Virus record (IMG/VR): IMGVR_UViG_3300034012_000625
Coordinates: 1,259 to 65,258 of that record
DNA: 64,000 nucleotides
Strand: one strand, 5' to 3'
From: a virus
Taxonomy: Duplodnaviria > Caudoviricetes
Program-made: the position numbers and the translations under genes
Notes under the pieces: generated by a model
Databases searched by the model: none
Told to the model about the DNA's origin: nothing
Seen by the model: the letters and a program-made list of their open reading frames with translations, nothing else
Shown here: positions 26,375-36,200 of the stretch, one piece after another
How the letters are laid out: each line of letters opens with the position of its first letter
Numbering within the stretch: the stretch's first letter is position 1

Positions 26375-27284
26375 AAAGATCATGGTGCTGGGTCACAAGG
26401 GTATGGTGGGTAGCGCCATATCCAGGTTGCTCAAGCACAAGAAGTATGAAGTGCTGACGGTGGATGCTGACCTACGCAACCCGCCGGAAAACCTGTATGC
26501 AGACAAGCCAGACTACGTGTTCATCTGTGCAGCCAAGGTCGGCGGCATCATGGCCAACAGCACGTACCCTGTGGACTTCCTGTACGACAACACGGCCATA
26601 GCATTCAACGCTATTCACCAAGCACATGAGGCTGGCATCCAGAACCTGATGTTCTTGGGATCAAGCTGCATCTATCCCAAACACGCGCCGCAGCCAATCA
26701 AGGAAGAGCATCTGCTGACAGGCCCGCTTGAGCCTACGAATGAAGCCTATGCCATCGCCAAGATCGCAGGCATCAAGCTGTGCGAGGCGTACCGCAAGCA
26801 GTACAAGCGCAACTACGTGGCCGTCATGCCAACCAATCTCTACGGCATCGGTGATAAGTACGACTTGCAGAACAGCCATGTCTTGCCGGCGCTGATCTAC
26901 AAAGCGTATCAGGCCAAGCAGAACAACGAACGCACGATGACTGTCTGGGGTACAGGCAAGGTCATGCGCGAGTTCATGTTTGCCGATGACCTGGCAGATG
27001 CCTGCGTGTTCCTGATGGAGAAGGGCTACGACGGCGGGCTGATCAATATCGGCACAGGCAAGGACGTGACTATCCGCGAGGTAGCAGACTTGATTTGCCG
27101 TACCGTTCAGTTCAAGGGCGAGCTGACGTTCGACAACTCCAAGCCTGACGGCACACCACGCAAACTGCTCGATGTATCCAAGTTGCACAAGCTAGGTTGG
27201 AAGGCCAAGACTTCTTTGGCAGATGGCATCAATGAAACGTACAAAGACTTTCTGCGTAGACATATCATGAGGGCTAGCCTATGA
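26364..27284 (+). CDS. fcl: GDP-L-fucose synthase
   Basis: 'GHKGMVGSA', 'AAKVGGI.AN', '[10 protein letters not shown]', 'YAIAKIAG', 'SHVLPAL', 'KPDGTPRK'. Confidence 0.95.
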
Positions 27285-27997
27285 GTCTGTCTGTCGCAGT
27301 AGTCACCAGCACCCAAGGCAGAGACACCCTGACACGGTGTATCGAAAGCGTCCACAACCAAACCTATAAAGCTACCCATTATGTATTTGCACATGGCAAA
27401 GAGTATTCCAACAAAGTCCAGTCTCTGGTATCGCCTGACACGGTCGCCGTTTACCTACCTTGCGCTAATGGTGGCGGTGGTCTTGCTATGGCTCCTGTAT
27501 TTGCTGCTAGCCCCTATCTCGTCAACGAAGACGTTATCTTCTACCTCGACGATGACAACTTCTACGATCCAGACCATATCGAATCCCTCGTCACGCTGAT
27601 AGAACAGCATGACTTGGGCTGGGCGTACAGCCTGCGCAAGATCGTAGACAACAGCGGCAACTATCTGTTCGATGACAACTGCGAGTCGCTAGGCTGCCAG
27701 CCTAATGCCAGCGGTCATTACCTCGTGGACAACTCTTGCTACGCGGTCAGGGCAGATGTTGCCCGCAAGCACAGCCATGCTTGGTATGTCCCGGTAGTGT
27801 CAGACAGATCGTTCCAAGCTTCATTAATGCAGGCCAAGGTTCGCTGCGGCACCAGCGGCAAGCACAGCGTCAGTTACAGACTATCCCATGACGGGTCAGG
27901 AGGCATGAGCAAGGAGGCATTCATCGACAACAACAACTTTATGCGTAGCAAGTTCACAGACTTCCCGTGGACGAAGCGGCAGATCTTTAACTACTAG
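27281..27997 (+). CDS. GT2-family glycosyltransferase
   Basis: 'LTRCIESVHNQTY', 'IFYLDDDN...DHIESL'. Confidence 0.85.
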   Translation: MSLSVAVVTSTQGRDTLTRCIESVHNQTYKATHYVFAHGKEYSNKVQSLVSPDTVAVYLPCANGGGGLAMAPVFAASPYLVNEDVIFYLDDDNFYDPDHIESLVTLIEQHDLGWAYSLRKIVDNSGNYLFDDNCESLGCQPNASGHYLVDNSCYAVRADVARKHSHAWYVPVVSDRSFQASLMQAKVRCGTSGKHSVSYRLSHDGSGGMSKEAFIDNNNFMRSKFTDFPWTKRQIFNY

Positions 27998-28006
27998 GAG
28001 AACTAG

Positions 28007-28771
28007 ATGGCAAAACTCTATATTGCAACACCGATGTACGGCGGTCAGTGCTTCGGCTATTTCGCCCAGTCTGTCATGACCTTGCAGAACAACCTGCGAG
28101 ACAACCGCGTGGACATGGCCTGTAGCTTCCTGTTCAACGAGTCCCTGATCCAGCGCGCGCGTAACGCACTGGTCCACGGGTTCCTGAAGACAGACTTCAC
28201 CCACATGATGTTCATCGACGCAGACATCCACTTCAATCCTGCCGATGTCCTGCCTATGTTGCTAGCCGACAAGCCGGTGATCTGCGGTATCTATCCCAAG
28301 AAAGAGATCAACTGGAATCAAGTCCACGCAGCAGCAGTAGCCGGCGTTCCTCCGCAAGACCTGCGCAAGTACAGCGGCTCCTTCGTGGTCAACCTGATCG
28401 ACTACCAGAACGAGCAGCGCGTAGAACTGGATAAGCCGGTAGAGATCTGGAACGGTGGTACTGGCTTCATGATGATCAAGCGTGAGGTGTTCGAGCAGCT
28501 AAAAGATCATGTGCCGTCGTACATCAATGACACCAATGATCTGGGTGGCAACATTGGCAACGAGCGTATCCATGAGTTCTTTGCCACCAGCATCGAGCCA
28601 TTGGGTGAGCGTCTGCTGTCTGAGGATTACCACTTCTGCAAGATCTGGCGTGACAAGTGCGGCGGCTCCGTCTGGGCAGCACCATGGGCGCAGCTCTCAC
28701 ATATCGGTACCCACAAGTTCGACGGCATCCTGACAGAGAAGCCACAACCCCCTCAATCTCAAGAGGTGTAA
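28007..28771 (+). CDS. GT-A glycosyltransferase-like protein (paralog of 22844-23608)
   Basis: 'IATPMYGG', 'ESLIQRARN', 'MFIDADI', 'GTGFMMI', 'LSEDYHFC'. Confidence 0.75.
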   Translation: MAKLYIATPMYGGQCFGYFAQSVMTLQNNLRDNRVDMACSFLFNESLIQRARNALVHGFLKTDFTHMMFIDADIHFNPADVLPMLLADKPVICGIYPKKEINWNQVHAAAVAGVPPQDLRKYSGSFVVNLIDYQNEQRVELDKPVEIWNGGTGFMMIKREVFEQLKDHVPSYINDTNDLGGNIGNERIHEFFATSIEPLGERLLSEDYHFCKIWRDKCGGSVWAAPWAQLSHIGTHKFDGILTEKPQPPQSQEV

Positions 28772-30004
28772 ATGTTCATACCAGGCCAGACTTACATTCC
28801 TGCCTCCGGCCAAGTGGTCGGGGACAGGGAGAAGGAGCTGATGCACGAAGCTGTTGACCGTGGTTGGTTGACAGCCGGTGCGTTCAATCGGCAACTGGAA
28901 GAAGGGCTGACCAAGTTCTTGGGGTGCAAGGCCGTACGCACCACAAGTTCTGGCAGTTCTGCCAACCTGATCGCCTTCTCTGCGTTGACTAGCCCCTCTC
29001 TGGGCAAGCGGGCAATCCAGAAGGGCGACGAGGTCATCAGCGTTGCCTGCGGGTTTCCTACGACGATCGCGCCTATCGTGCAGTTCGGCGCTATCCCTGT
29101 GTTCTTGGATGTGAACAGCACCCTGAACATAGATACCAGGATGCTGGAGCAGGCCATCACGGCAAAGACCAAAGCCATCATGATTGCCCACACGCTGGGC
29201 AACCCGTTCAACATCGACGTAATCATGGACGTGGCAGACAGGTACAACCTGTGGGTCATCGAGGATACCTGTGACGCACTGGGCGCCCGCTGGCGTAATC
29301 AGTACGTCGGCACGTTTGGTGATCTGGCCACGCTGTCGTTCTTCCCTGCGCACCACATCACTACTGGCGAAGGCGGTGCTGTCATTATCAACAACACCAA
29401 ACTCGGCCGGCTGGTGGAGTCCTTCCGTGATTGGGGCAGGGACTGCTGGTGCGAGCCTGGACAGAACAACACCTGCAAGCGGCGGTTCGATCAGAAGTTT
29501 GGCGAACTACCCTACGGCTATGACCACAAGTACGTGTACACCCATCTGGGCTACAACCTGCGGATCACAGAGATGCAGGCCGCCTGTGGTGTTGCACAGC
29601 TGGAGAAGCTGCACCAGTTCATCTCTGCCCGGAAGTCTAACTACGGCTTCTTGAAAGAACGGTTAGGTGGATACGAAGAGTTCTGGTTGCCGGCGGTCTA
29701 CACAGACGCACAGCCTAGCTGGTTCGGCTTTCCCATCACGCTATCTCCCACGGCCAAGTTCACACGGGATGCACTGACAAAGTATCTTGAGAGCAAGCAG
29801 ATTGGGTGCAGGTTGCTGTTCGCAGGCAACGCTACCAAGCAGCCTTTCATGAAGGGTCAGAAGTATGCCGTCAAAGGAATACTGGAGAACACCGACTACG
29901 TCATGAACTGCACCTTCTGGCTAGGTGTACAACCGGCACTGACGGAGGAGATGTTGACCTACGTCTGTGACCAGATAGATGCGTTTATGCAGGAGAACAC
30001 ATGA
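28772..30004 (+). CDS. rfbH: CDP-4-keto-6-deoxyglucose 3-dehydrase E1 (RfbH/DdhC/AscC)
   Basis: 'SGSSANL', 'AHTLGNPF', 'EDTCDALG', His in place of the PLP lysine ('PAHHITTGEGG'), Fe-S motif 'GRDCWC...NTC', 'GYDHKY'. Confidence 0.9.
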   Translation: MFIPGQTYIPASGQVVGDREKELMHEAVDRGWLTAGAFNRQLEEGLTKFLGCKAVRTTSSGSSANLIAFSALTSPSLGKRAIQKGDEVISVACGFPTTIAPIVQFGAIPVFLDVNSTLNIDTRMLEQAITAKTKAIMIAHTLGNPFNIDVIMDVADRYNLWVIEDTCDALGARWRNQYVGTFGDLATLSFFPAHHITTGEGGAVIINNTKLGRLVESFRDWGRDCWCEPGQNNTCKRRFDQKFGELPYGYDHKYVYTHLGYNLRITEMQAACGVAQLEKLHQFISARKSNYGFLKERLGGYEEFWLPAVYTDAQPSWFGFPITLSPTAKFTRDALTKYLESKQIGCRLLFAGNATKQPFMKGQKYAVKGILENTDYVMNCTFWLGVQPALTEEMLTYVCDQIDAFMQENT

Positions 30005-31782
30005 AGGTATCTGACTACATTTGCTCAAGGATCAAAGAGCTAACTGGTACAGATACTGTCTTCCTACTGTCCGGCGGTGGCATGATGCACCTGCTGGACA
30101 GCGTCGGGAAGACCGATGGCCTGCGCTACATGCACTTGCATCATGAGCAGTCCTGCGGGTTTGCAGCCTATGCCTATGGCAGAGCTGTGAACTCGACAGG
30201 TGTTCTGTTTGTAACCAGCGGCCCCGGCGGCACCAATGCCATCACGGCTGTCGCCTCTGCATTTACAGACAGCGTACCCATGCTGATCATCTCCGGCAAC
30301 ATCACACAGACGTTCTCTGCCCATGGCCTGAACCTGCGCATACGAGGCTTCCAAGAGCTAGACATCATCGAAGTAGTCAAGCCGATTACCAAGTATGCCA
30401 AGTTCATCAGCTCGGCTGCCGATGTGAAGTTGGAGTTGGAGAAGGCTGTGTCCATGGCAAAGGACGGCCGCCCTGGACCTGTGTGGCTGGACATTCCGCT
30501 GGACGTGCAGTGTGCCGACATCACGCCGGACACACTCGCAGGTTACAAAGGATTCAGTTCTAACGCAGCACCGACGAAGGATCTGATCAAGGACATCCGG
30601 CAACGCCTGCAATCAGCCAAGCGTCCGCTGATCCTGTTCGGCAACGGTGTGTTCACCAGCGGTGGCAAGGATGCAGCCAAGCAGTTGGCATCAGCCTTTA
30701 CCGTGCCTGTGCAGACAACATGGGGTGCGGTTGATCTGATCCCTGACAGTCATCCTAATTACTTCGGGCGGTCGAACTCTTTCGGTCCACGCTACCCCAA
30801 CATCATCATCCAGAACGCCGACTACATCCTGTCTATCGGGGCGCGTCTGGGTGTCCAGCACACCAGCCACAACATCGAGACGTTTGCCAGAGGTGCATTC
30901 GTTGACATGATTGACCTTGATCCGGCAGAGGCTAGCAAGCCGGGGCTGAATGTCGGCAGGCACTCACGGGTCTGCGCCAAGAAGCTGATAGACGCACTAC
31001 TGGATGAGCAGCCTGTCTCTGCATCACAAGAGTGGCTAGGCTACTGCCGCAAGGTCAAGGAGAAGTTCCCTGCCGGTGCAACGTTCAAGGACGTGCGGGA
31101 TGAGCAGTACGTCAATCCGTACTACTTCTACCAAGAGCTAGGCAGGCAACTACCAGAGGATGCTGTTCTCACGCCGACAGGATCAGGACAGGCTTTTATC
31201 ATCGGCCATCAAGTGCTGGAGATAAAAAAGAACACTCGGATGTTTGGTGCCAAGAACTTGGCCATGATGGGATCCTGCCTGCCGTCTGCTATCGGCGCGC
31301 ACATGGCTACCAACAAGCGGGTCATCTGCGTGACAGGCGACGGCGGCATCCAGCTCAACCTGCAAGAACTAGCCATCATCAAGCACAATGATCTGCCTAT
31401 CAAGATCTTCGTGTTCAACAACGCTGGCTATCACGCCATAAGGATTACGCAGGAGAAGTACTTCGACAGCCGGTACGTAGGATCTACCGAAGACACCGGC
31501 GTATACATCCCGTCGTTCTCCAACGTTGCTCAATGCTACGGCCTGAAGTACAGGAAGCTGCACAACAATATTCAGGTGGCAACGCTGATCGACAGCGTAC
31601 TGAGCAACGATGATCCTGAGATCATAGAAGTCATCATGGATCCGCATAAGCCAACCACGCCAACAATCGGATCGTTCATGCGGGAAGATGGCACGATGTC
31701 ATCCAGACCGCTGGAAGATATGGCGCCGCTGCTAGACAGAGAAGAACTACGCAGTCTGATGTACATAGACTTGATGGAATAG
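30001..31782 (+). CDS. Thiamine-diphosphate enzyme of the acetolactate synthase family (YerE-like)
   Basis: 'HHEQ', 'TSGPGGTNA', 'GRPGPVWLDIP', 'GDGG...NN', C-terminal 'PLEDMAP'; directly after rfbH. Confidence 0.85.
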   Translation: MKVSDYICSRIKELTGTDTVFLLSGGGMMHLLDSVGKTDGLRYMHLHHEQSCGFAAYAYGRAVNSTGVLFVTSGPGGTNAITAVASAFTDSVPMLIISGNITQTFSAHGLNLRIRGFQELDIIEVVKPITKYAKFISSAADVKLELEKAVSMAKDGRPGPVWLDIPLDVQCADITPDTLAGYKGFSSNAAPTKDLIKDIRQRLQSAKRPLILFGNGVFTSGGKDAAKQLASAFTVPVQTTWGAVDLIPDSHPNYFGRSNSFGPRYPNIIIQNADYILSIGARLGVQHTSHNIETFARGAFVDMIDLDPAEASKPGLNVGRHSRVCAKKLIDALLDEQPVSASQEWLGYCRKVKEKFPAGATFKDVRDEQYVNPYYFYQELGRQLPEDAVLTPTGSGQAFIIGHQVLEIKKNTRMFGAKNLAMMGSCLPSAIGAHMATNKRVICVTGDGGIQLNLQELAIIKHNDLPIKIFVFNNAGYHAIRITQEKYFDSRYVGSTEDTGVYIPSFSNVAQCYGLKYRKLHNNIQVATLIDSVLSNDDPEIIEVIMDPHKPTTPTIGSFMREDGTMSSRPLEDMAPLLDREELRSLMYIDLME

Positions 31783-31790
31783 GGGAGAAC

Positions 31791-32693
31791 ATGAAGATTG
31801 CAATACTCGGGGCTACCAGCGAGATAGCCAAGGATCTGATTCTGTCTTTTGAAGGAGCAGACCTACACCTGTTTGCCCGCAACAAGCTGGCGCTGGATCA
31901 CTGGATGGTGGAAAACAACAAGAGATATCCCACCAGATTCTTGTCTGACTTCTCGCGGCATCATGAGTTTGACGCCATCATCAACTTCATCGGTGCCGGT
32001 AGCCCAGAGCGTATCCAGCAGATGGGTAGCAACATCTCCTACGTCACAGGGTTCTATGACCTGATGGTGTTGGACTATCTGGAGCAGCACAAGAACTGCC
32101 AGTACATCTTCATCTCCAGCGGCGCGGTGTTCGGGGATAACTTTGAGACGCCAGCCAACGCACAGAAGATGTCATCCTTTCCTATCAACGACATCCAGCC
32201 GCACCACTACTACGGCATTGCAAAGGCGCAGGCAGAGTATCGTCATCGGCTGTCTGACAGAAACATCATCGACCTACGTGTGTTCAGCTACTACAGCAGC
32301 ACCATGAATCCTGATCACCAGTTCATGGTCAGCCAGATGGTGCAGGCGGTCATGCGAGATGAAACATTCAGAGCAGACATGAACCGTCTATCCCGCGACT
32401 ACATCGGACCCAAGGACTTCTATCAGATGATCCAAGTCTTGCTGAGAAACAACACGGTCAATCAGGCGGTGGACTGCTACAGCAGAGCGCCCGTGACAAA
32501 AGAGAAACTGCTGGATGGGATGTGGAAGCGGTATGGCATGAAGTATGTGGTGAGCGCCGGATCTCCGTACCATCCTACGGCAGTCAAGCCGTGCTACTAC
32601 TCCACCAATACGGCAGCGTACGCGCTGGGTTATCGGCCAACGATAACATCCCTTGAGTCCATCTTTGAAGAAGCTGACAAGTTGCTAAAGTGA
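31791..32693 (+). CDS. NAD-dependent epimerase/reductase (SDR; YerF-like by context)
   Basis: 'ILGATSEIA', 'ISSGAV', 'YGIAK'. Confidence 0.75.
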   Translation: MKIAILGATSEIAKDLILSFEGADLHLFARNKLALDHWMVENNKRYPTRFLSDFSRHHEFDAIINFIGAGSPERIQQMGSNISYVTGFYDLMVLDYLEQHKNCQYIFISSGAVFGDNFETPANAQKMSSFPINDIQPHHYYGIAKAQAEYRHRLSDRNIIDLRVFSYYSSTMNPDHQFMVSQMVQAVMRDETFRADMNRLSRDYIGPKDFYQMIQVLLRNNTVNQAVDCYSRAPVTKEKLLDGMWKRYGMKYVVSAGSPYHPTAVKPCYYSTNTAAYALGYRPTITSLESIFEEADKLLK

Positions 32694-32842
32694 ATCTAAC
32701 ACAGACTCGCTGGTGCGCTACCTGCGCCAGCTTCCGCCGCTGTCCGGGCGGTTACTTTAAGATTAAACACGGCAGAAGACAGTGGCTGTGCCACGACTGC
32801 TACCAGAAGACAAGGCCGAAGAATGTGGTGTCCGACGTGTGA
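32690..32842 (+). CDS. Small Zn-finger protein (50 aa)
   Basis: WCATC...WLCHDC; GTGA overlap with the previous stop. Confidence 0.45.
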   Translation: MNLTQTRWCATCASFRRCPGGYFKIKHGRRQWLCHDCYQKTRPKNVVSDV

Positions 32843-33020
32843 TAAGCCAACGCAGGTGATAGACAGCCGCAAGTATCAGGACATATCCCGCACGTTTGAC
32901 TTCGTTGAACGCCGCCGGATATGCCGTGACTGCGGGCATACGTTTTCGTCTATCGAGATTGCCAAGGATCTGTGGGAGAAACACTACCGCCCACCAAGGA
33001 GAAAGAGTGAAGACGCTTAA
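32823..33020 (+). CDS. NrdR-like Zn-ribbon protein
   Basis: MWCPTC...VIDSR...RRRICRDCGHTFSSIE. Confidence 0.7.
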   Translation: MWCPTCDKPTQVIDSRKYQDISRTFDFVERRRICRDCGHTFSSIEIAKDLWEKHYRPPRRKSEDA

Positions 33021-33291
33021 GGAGTATATGAACGAAGTAGCAGAGGTAGGCTGCGTCCTTTGCCATCATCTTGGCTACGGTCACACGCCTGCTCACCTGC
33101 ATCATCCACGCGACGCGGCTGGAGGAGCGCAGCGAGCGTCAGATTGGCTCGTGATCCCCCTGTGTCCAGAACACCACCAGGGAGCGTCAGGCTATCATGG
33201 GCTGGGAAGCAGAGGGTTCTATACACGGTACAAGCTCACAGAGTGGGACTTGATGGCCATGACTATTGAGAGGTTGCATAAGTCTTCTTGA
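33007..33291 (+). CDS. Ref/DUF968-like HNH nuclease
   Basis: GCVLC...LHH...IPLCPEHH...GYH. Confidence 0.75.
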   Translation: MKTLKEYMNEVAEVGCVLCHHLGYGHTPAHLHHPRDAAGGAQRASDWLVIPLCPEHHQGASGYHGLGSRGFYTRYKLTEWDLMAMTIERLHKSS

Positions 33292-36200
33292 CCTCTATCC
33301 GCGCTTCTTCCATCTGCTTTGCCAGCTCGCCGATCAGTACCTTTATCCGATCAGTCTCTTCTTTCTTCTGAGCGCCGGTCATGTTCTCGTCGTTGCGGAT
33401 AGCTATGATTACCTGACGCATCTTGGCCATGTCTTTGGAAGCGTTGTCGTAGAACTTGGCCATCGCAATCTTGTCGCCCTTCTCCTTCAAGATCTCCTGC
33501 ACCTTGTCCGCCTGACCTAGCTGCGCGAAGTGCCGCATGTCAGCGTATGCCTGGCTGATCTCTTTGTTGTTCTCGTAGAACGCCGTGACGTACTTGGACT
33601 GCGTGGCAGGCAACGTCTTGATGAAGCCCATAGACATGGTCTCTGTCCAGTTGGCATCTGGGTAGGCAGACTTGGAGAACGGCATCACAGCATAGTGCGA
33701 CGTTGCAGAGATGGTACCGCCTAGCCAGCCAAGATATCCCTTGATCGCGTAGTCTGTTTGTACCGGAGATACTTCCATCGACTCTGGCAGGAATACGTTT
33801 GCCACTTGCGATAGACCGATGGCCAGCGGGCTGGTTCTCTCCGCTATGCGCTCTGCTTTCGACAGACGCTCCATGCCCGCAGTCTCGATCGGCGCGCCAG
33901 TGAAGCTGTCCTTGTTGGCGTACAGATCTACCAATGGCTTAAAGACCTGCGGCATTGGGTTGATCGCAAAAGTGTCCGTCAGCATACGGCTGATTGACTG
34001 CCCGAATACTTTACCCTCTGCGCCCTGATCAATAATCTGCTCAAGCACACGCTCGGCCAGCGTACCCATCGCGCCAATCTCAAATGGCTTGGGTATACGG
34101 ACGGCGGCATCCATACCAGGAAGCCTGAACCACCAGAAGTTATCGCGGTCCCACTGCTCCCGCTTCTTGAACTCTTCGTCATCTTTGAATGCCATGTACA
34201 GCATCAGGGATGCCAGCACGACAGCGCCCATCACGACGCTGAACTGCTCTGCCCGCTGCTTGTCTGTGGCTTCAATCGGCTTGCCTGTGGCCGTGTTGTA
34301 AATTACCCGGCTAGTTGGAATGATGCCATCCCTGCCCAACTTGTACAGACCCTGCACACGCGCATTCAAGAATGGAACTACCTGCGTCAGCAAGCGGAAG
34401 GCAGGCCATGAGCCTTGCATGGAGAAGTCCAGCATGTCTCTGGCGTAGAACGATGCTTCCAAGTGTGTGTAGTTCTTTTTCGTCTCTGGATTAACCGTCT
34501 CTCTAAGCTGCTTGTACAGCGCCATACGGTTAGCAGATTCCGACTTGTTGCCCAGTTCCTGATATGCCCGCCACGCCTTGCCGATACCAGCTTGAATCTT
34601 CTTCTCGTTATCTAGGATGTTCTCACCCTTGATGCCGCTGTCCAGCAGGCGCTTGATTAACTTGGCCTGATCGCCCTCATATGCGGAGCCGAAGTTGAAG
34701 ATCGCTCCACCTGCAAGCGCAGAGATGTGCGCAGGATTATTGCGGTCAGATGCTGCCCAGCCTTCAATGACGTTGGCAAACGGGTTCTTCTTCAGATCCG
34801 TCACAGCGATAGCCGAGATCGAATCACGGAACAAGTTACGAATCTTGAACGCCGGGGACAGCGTGACACCAAACTGGAGCAGATTCTTGAAGTCGCGAGC
34901 AACATCAACAAACTTGGACTTCGGCCCCATGTAGCCGATCGACATGATGGATTCCAGCAGCATAGGATCCACGATGTCAAAGTACGCAGGCTTGCCGTCA
35001 ATCATGGTCTTGATCATGCCCTTGCCGCTGGTGGTGTACTCTGGCTTTAGCTTGCCGTCGCCAATCAACTCACCTGACTTGCTGCTGTAGACCTTGCCAT
35101 CACGCCATTCCAGACCGACCTTCAGGTTGGGGAATGCACCACCCAGATCCATAGTTGCCCGCACGGTAGCGTTGGCGGCCTCGTTCTTCATGGACGCAGA
35201 CAGGATGTGACTCCAGTTGCGCAGGGTGTTCTCCATCAAGTCGCCGAACGGTTTCTCACCACCCTTCAACGCCTTCGAGAAGTACTGGTTCACCAGCCCT
35301 GACTTGGTGGCCGCAGCCTGCACGTCACCACCTTCATCCATCACCTTGTAGAACGGGATGTAGTTAATGTCGTTGGCATATATGTCATAGGCTTCTCTAT
35401 TGATTAGCCCTTGCTTGAGCGCGATGTTCAGCACAGAGCGGTTCAGCCTGTTCATATCCTTCTGAACTTGCTGGTATACCTCGAGCCGTGACTTACCATC
35501 AATCTTGCCAGCAGACAGTTGATCCCGTTTTGCCACAACATCGGGATTAATCGACGTGCCCTTGATGGATGAGCGCAGATTTGTGATCTCTTTTTTAATC
35601 TGCTCTATCTGATCATTGATCTTATTGGCTTCTCTGGCTGTGCCAGCTGCTTTGCGCTCGGCAGTCAGTCGTTGGATCTCAAGCTTTAAGCTATCAATCT
35701 GGCTTTCAGCCCGGCGCGACTTTTCATAGATAGCGTTTTCTCTGTTGAGCGCCACCCATATCTGGTACCGATCCACCTCCATGCCGACCGGCTCCAACGC
35801 TTTCAGTAGACCCTTCGTGTCCTTGGCAATATCCAATGCGCCGTCAGTTAGTTTGACCTCACCATTAAACAGGATGCCCTCTAGCGCGCCGTCGATAGTC
35901 TTCGACATGCGGGCTTTCATGTAGGCTTCTTCGCTGATATCTTTGATTGAGCGGTACTGGTCAGCCACACCTTGCGCCAGCTTCATGAAAAAGCCGTCAC
36001 GCATCCCATCTATCTTGTCGATGATGGTTTTGTTTTGCGGGGCAAATATTGGCTCAAGCGCGTTGTACAGATCATCCGGCACACCATCAAACTGACTCTT
36101 CTTCAGGGTGCGTTTCTGCAACGCCTTCTGTGCAGCGGCCTTGGCTTTCTGTGCGGGGGTAGGAGGTTCTTCTTTCTCCGCTAACTCAAACTTCCGGCCA

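Noticed and set aside
30001-31782. ilvB auxiliary metabolic gene for branched-chain amino acid synthesis
   Set aside because: There is no small subunit or other ilv gene, and the context between rfbH and an SDR favours a YerE-like sugar-branching role.
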